In this document: positions 60,481-64,000 of the stretch, one piece after another
How the letters are laid out: each line of letters opens with the position of its first letter
Numbering within the stretch: position 1 is the first letter of the stretch
NCBI GenBank assembly: GCA_049325595.1
Contig: JBMOLF010000011.1
Location: forward strand, 1 to 64,000
Direction: 5' to 3'
DNA length: 64,000 bases
From: Candidatus Babelota bacterium
GTDB taxonomy: Bacteria > Babelota > Babeliae > Babelales > Vermiphilaceae
Translations under genes and position numbers: made by a program
The notes under the pieces: model-generated
What the model was told of the DNA's origin: nothing
The model's database searches: none
Seen by the model: only the letters and a program-made list of their open reading frames with translations

Positions 60481-60905
60481 CTATGAATATTTTTTTTACT
60501 TTACTGGCATTTTTACTTTTTCCATTTCCTTACGTAATAAGTATGGAAAAAAACAACACCTTACAAGATGAATTAATACCTGATGTATACTTAAAGGGCT
60601 ACATTGCCACCCTTAAGCACCTGGTAACAAAAGAAGAAAACAAGCAACAATTTGCAGAATTAGAAAAACAAATCGAAGAGAAAAAATTAGCTATAAAGTC
60701 TCTCAAAAAAGGTTTTGATGAGTCTAAGGCAAGCGTTTTTGATAAGCTAACTTACTTAACAACCATAAACACCATTGGCCGCGAACTTGAATTATTGCAA
60801 CGGCAATATATTAGCTGGCGAACTGAAATTTCGCTCTTTAAACAAATTATGCTAACTACGCTAAAAAAACAAAACCAGCAAATCAGGCACAAAAAGCACC
60901 AGTAA
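60477..60905 (+). CDS. Secreted coiled-coil protein
   Basis: VIS-ME signal; ATGA overlap. Confidence 0.6.
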   Translation: MTMNIFFTLLAFLLFPFPYVISMEKNNTLQDELIPDVYLKGYIATLKHLVTKEENKQQFAELEKQIEEKKLAIKSLKKGFDESKASVFDKLTYLTTINTIGRELELLQRQYISWRTEISLFKQIMLTTLKKQNQQIRHKKHQ

Positions 60906-62357
60906 TTATAGATTTTTTAAAAAATTATCAGCTGTTTTCACCAGCGATTTAAGGCGCTCTGGCTTCAAGCGCTTAAGATAAGAGTTCATGATTTTTAGGC
61001 GTGGCGTATTATTAATCAATTGTTGGTGCTTGTAAATAAAACGCCAAAAAAGTGCATCCCAAATTTCTGCCCAGGGACCATTTTTATAACTACTCATATT
61101 CTTTATGTAATTTGAACTAGAAAAGTATGGTTTTGTGGTCATAAGACCACCATCTGCGTACTGACTCATGCCATAAACATTGGGAATCATCACCCAATCA
61201 TACGCATCAACAAACAATTCCATGAACCATGCATAAACTTCGTTAGGATCTATCTCGCAGAGAAACATAAAATTTCCCAGCACCATTAAGCGTTCAATAT
61301 GATGAACATACCCATAAGCAAGCACTTTCTTTATTGAATCGTCTAATGGTTCTATGCCAGTAGTACCTGTATAAAATGATTGAGGCATCTTGCGCGTGAA
61401 TTTAAAAAAATTAGCATTTCGTTGCTGATTACCTTTTAGTTGATATACTCCTCGCACAAACTCACGCCAACCAGCTATTTGACGTATAAATCCTTCAAGA
61501 TTATTTAAGCCTATTGAGTGTGAACGCGTGTAATCAACTGCTTCTTTTATAACAAAATCGGGCGTAAGTAACCCGGTATTAACCAAAGGTGAAATAAGCG
61601 AATGAAAAGTAAAAACCTCTTCTTTTTCAAAAGCATCCTGGTAATCACCAAAATGCTTGAGTCTGTTTTGTAAAAAATCAGCAAACCAGCTTTTTGCTTG
61701 CGAAAAAGTGACAGGGTACACAAAATTTTTTGTAGTTCCCGGATTACCAAAAAAATTCTGTTCAACATATTTTTTTGCTTCTTCAACATAGGTGTTAGAT
61801 CGCGGAATCCAAATTTCAGGTATAGTTCTGTGCATGGGCAATTTTTTTCTGTTTTGCACATCAAAGCTCCACGCCCCACCAACCGGTTTGTTGTCGGCAA
61901 CTAATATATTAAAATCTTTGCGCTGAGCAATGTAAAATCCGCTCATACGAAAATATTTTTGTTTTCCTAGTAAATTTTCAATGCGTTCTTGATCGCATAA
62001 AAATGAAGGTGATTGAAATACCTCAATTGAAACTTTGTGTTTTTTTGCATCGTTGGTTAGTTGCTTTTCAAGAACAGAATCAAACAGTTCAAGAGTTTTA
62101 ATAACCTGAATGTTTTTTTCATGTAAAAAAGAAAAGACTGGCTTGCTATATTCAAAATACTTACAAGAAACACCCTTTTTTTTAAGTTCCTCTTTATAAA
62201 AACGCATTGAGGCCCGATGCAGCACTAATTTATTTTTATGATAGATAAAATCGGTAAAAAAGCGCGGATGTTCCCACATAATCACCATCTTTTGACTATC
62301 AATAAGCGGATGATGTTCAAACAGCTGATGAGGAAAAACGAGTACAACCTCTTTCAT
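60906..62357 (-). CDS. Prokaryotic (6-4) photolyase, FeS-BCP/PhrB-like family, cluster-free type
   Basis: FPHQL, H..KL..HRASM, GG.WSFD..NR, YQDA, IRQI.GWRE, HHIERLM, TKPY. Confidence 0.9.
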   Translation of the reverse strand: MKEVVLVFPHQLFEHHPLIDSQKMVIMWEHPRFFTDFIYHKNKLVLHRASMRFYKEELKKKGVSCKYFEYSKPVFSFLHEKNIQVIKTLELFDSVLEKQLTNDAKKHKVSIEVFQSPSFLCDQERIENLLGKQKYFRMSGFYIAQRKDFNILVADNKPVGGAWSFDVQNRKKLPMHRTIPEIWIPRSNTYVEEAKKYVEQNFFGNPGTTKNFVYPVTFSQAKSWFADFLQNRLKHFGDYQDAFEKEEVFTFHSLISPLVNTGLLTPDFVIKEAVDYTRSHSIGLNNLEGFIRQIAGWREFVRGVYQLKGNQQRNANFFKFTRKMPQSFYTGTTGIEPLDDSIKKVLAYGYVHHIERLMVLGNFMFLCEIDPNEVYAWFMELFVDAYDWVMIPNVYGMSQYADGGLMTTKPYFSSSNYIKNMSSYKNGPWAEIWDALFWRFIYKHQQLINNTPRLKIMNSYLKRLKPERLKSLVKTADNFLKNL

Positions 62358-63754
62358 TAACTTCCTCTTGCTGCACGCTGATACATGGCTTTTGTCTTTT
62401 GTATCACTTTTGAATGATCAATTATAGGTTTTGGATATCCTTTTACAGTAGGGCTATTGGGCTTGTACCAGTTATGAAGCACTCGCGGGTCAACATTTTT
62501 GAGTTCCGGCAGCCATTTTTTAATATAAAGACAATCTTTATCAAATTTTTCTTGCTGAAGCCATGGATTAAAAATTCTAAAGTATGGTGATGCATCGCAT
62601 CCTGTTGAAGCAACCCATTGCCAATTACCATTGTTTACTGCGGGGTCGTAGTCAACCAAATGACGGGCAAAATACTGCTCACCCCATCGCCAATCAATAT
62701 GCAAATCTTTCACTAAAAAAGATCCAACAATCATACGTGTACGGTTGTGCATATAACCAGTTTCATTCAGTTGACGCATAGCAGCATCAACAATGGGAAA
62801 ACCTGTCTGCCCATTACACCAACTCTTGAAGAACTTTTCATCATTCTCCCACATTATATGCTCGTATTTTTCATGAAACGCATGGCCAAACACAAAAGGC
62901 GAATGGTAGGCTACATGGGTAAAAAAATCTCGCCAGTAAAGCTGCCTAATTAAAGCATGGTTTGCGCCCAACTCTTTAGCGATCATGTAATAAACTTCTC
63001 GTATAGAGACGGTGCCAAATTTATTGTGGGCAGACAAATTAGTAGTCGGAATTATCGGATAATCTCGAATTTTAGCATAGTCATGAAATGATTGTAGATT
63101 ATTAAGAATTGCAATTGCATTTTGTCGACCGCCATGAACATGTAAATGCGGATTTTCTTGTTCAAAAATATGATGTTTTATCGATTCTAGAGTTTTACTG
63201 TGTGGAATATGGGTTATAACCCACCGCGCAGCTGAATCTAATGCTTCTGGCTTTCGTATAGGTATATGTAGCGAAGCTTTAAAAAATGCCGTAAATACGC
63301 TAAACGGCGTATTACTTTGGGTATGGATCACTTCTGGCGCGTTTAACACCGCATCATCGTATTGTTCAAACGCAACGTTGTGGTGATCGCATATTTTTTT
63401 TAGCGCTTGATCGCGCTTGAGTGAAAAGGAAGTGTAATCTTTATTGGTAAATACTGCTTCAATCTTTTCGCTTTCAAGCAGTTTTTCTAGTACTTGAGCT
63501 GAATGGCCCATGAAAAAATATAAATTTCCGTCCCTTTTTTTAAAGTGAATAGCTAAATCCTCTAGCGATTCAATCATAAATTGAATAGCATTTGCTGAGC
63601 GATATTTATTTTTTTCAGACACTTGAATAGGATCAAAAATAAAGCAAGGAATCACCTCTTGCGATTTTTTTACGGCAAAGTTAAGTGCTGTGTTATCTTG
63701 TAATCGCAAATCTCGCCGAAAAATCATAAGAGATTTTTTGTATTTGCTTATCAT
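62357..63754 (-). CDS. phr: CPD deoxyribodipyrimidine photolyase
   Basis: FRRDLRLQDNTAL, GQTGFPIVDAAMRQL..TGYMHNR.RM, NNGNWQW, RIFNP. Start moved to MISKY (GAGG RBS). Confidence 0.93.
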   Translation of the reverse strand: MISKYKKSLMIFRRDLRLQDNTALNFAVKKSQEVIPCFIFDPIQVSEKNKYRSANAIQFMIESLEDLAIHFKKRDGNLYFFMGHSAQVLEKLLESEKIEAVFTNKDYTSFSLKRDQALKKICDHHNVAFEQYDDAVLNAPEVIHTQSNTPFSVFTAFFKASLHIPIRKPEALDSAARWVITHIPHSKTLESIKHHIFEQENPHLHVHGGRQNAIAILNNLQSFHDYAKIRDYPIIPTTNLSAHNKFGTVSIREVYYMIAKELGANHALIRQLYWRDFFTHVAYHSPFVFGHAFHEKYEHIMWENDEKFFKSWCNGQTGFPIVDAAMRQLNETGYMHNRTRMIVGSFLVKDLHIDWRWGEQYFARHLVDYDPAVNNGNWQWVASTGCDASPYFRIFNPWLQQEKFDKDCLYIKKWLPELKNVDPRVLHNWYKPNSPTVKGYPKPIIDHSKVIQKTKAMYQRAARGS

Positions 63755-63865
63755 TGTGCACCTCGGTTGAATCATATTAGAAGAATTATTTTAGCAAAGT
63801 AAATAACTCATTGTTTATAAAGCCCTGAACATGATAAAAAAAAATAAATTAGGTAAAGGATTACT

Positions 63866-64000
63866 ATGAAAAAAATATTCTTTGTGCTGCTCTTCTGTTG
63901 CATGCAGTTAAATTATTCTATGGAAAATGATCCTAAATTTATAGAAACAAAATACCAACATTGGGATCCCCTTCACCCAGTTGAAGAACCAGCCCAAGAG
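63866..64000 (+). CDS. Secreted hypothetical protein (partial, runs off the window end)
   Basis: AAGGA RBS; MKKIFFVLLFCCMQLNYS-MENDPK. Confidence 0.6.
   Translation, partial: MKKIFFVLLFCCMQLNYSMENDPKFIETKYQHWDPLHPVEEPAQE

Noticed and set aside
1..64000. CRISPR array, tRNA, rRNA, or retron/DGR reverse transcriptase
   Set aside because: No spaced direct repeats, cloverleaf or rRNA-like segments, or RT motifs seen by eye; a covariance-model search was not possible.

Overview
AT-rich bacterial chromosomal window. Housekeeping genes (clpB, uvrC, gpmI, truA, typA, rpsF-rpsR, rnhB, ftsY, prmC, a short mutY, two photolyases, a troABCD-like metal transporter and two other ABC systems) are interspersed with about 40 short-signal-peptide hypothetical proteins, many in tandem paralog families. 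This gene style suggests an intracellular parasite of protists such as Ca. Dependentiae/Babelota (TM6); that assignment is inference. The window opens inside an IS5-family element. The most interesting signals point to a Sec-exported effector repertoire. About 19 predicted mature proteins begin with Met (A/S-|-M-E/D). There are four F-box-like paralogs, two Skp1/BTB-like WD40 proteins, exported ATPases (AAA+, MutS-like), four mini M50 peptidases, Cys-nucleophile hydrolases and Cys-stapled mini-proteins. Features the ORF track misses include an in-frame amber codon in a hairpin, a frameshifted XRE gene, a remnant of the 3' end of an M48 gene, and recurrent 16-bp-spacer promoters. No rRNA, tRNA or CRISPR array was seen. 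All family assignments come from motif reading by eye, not database searches.
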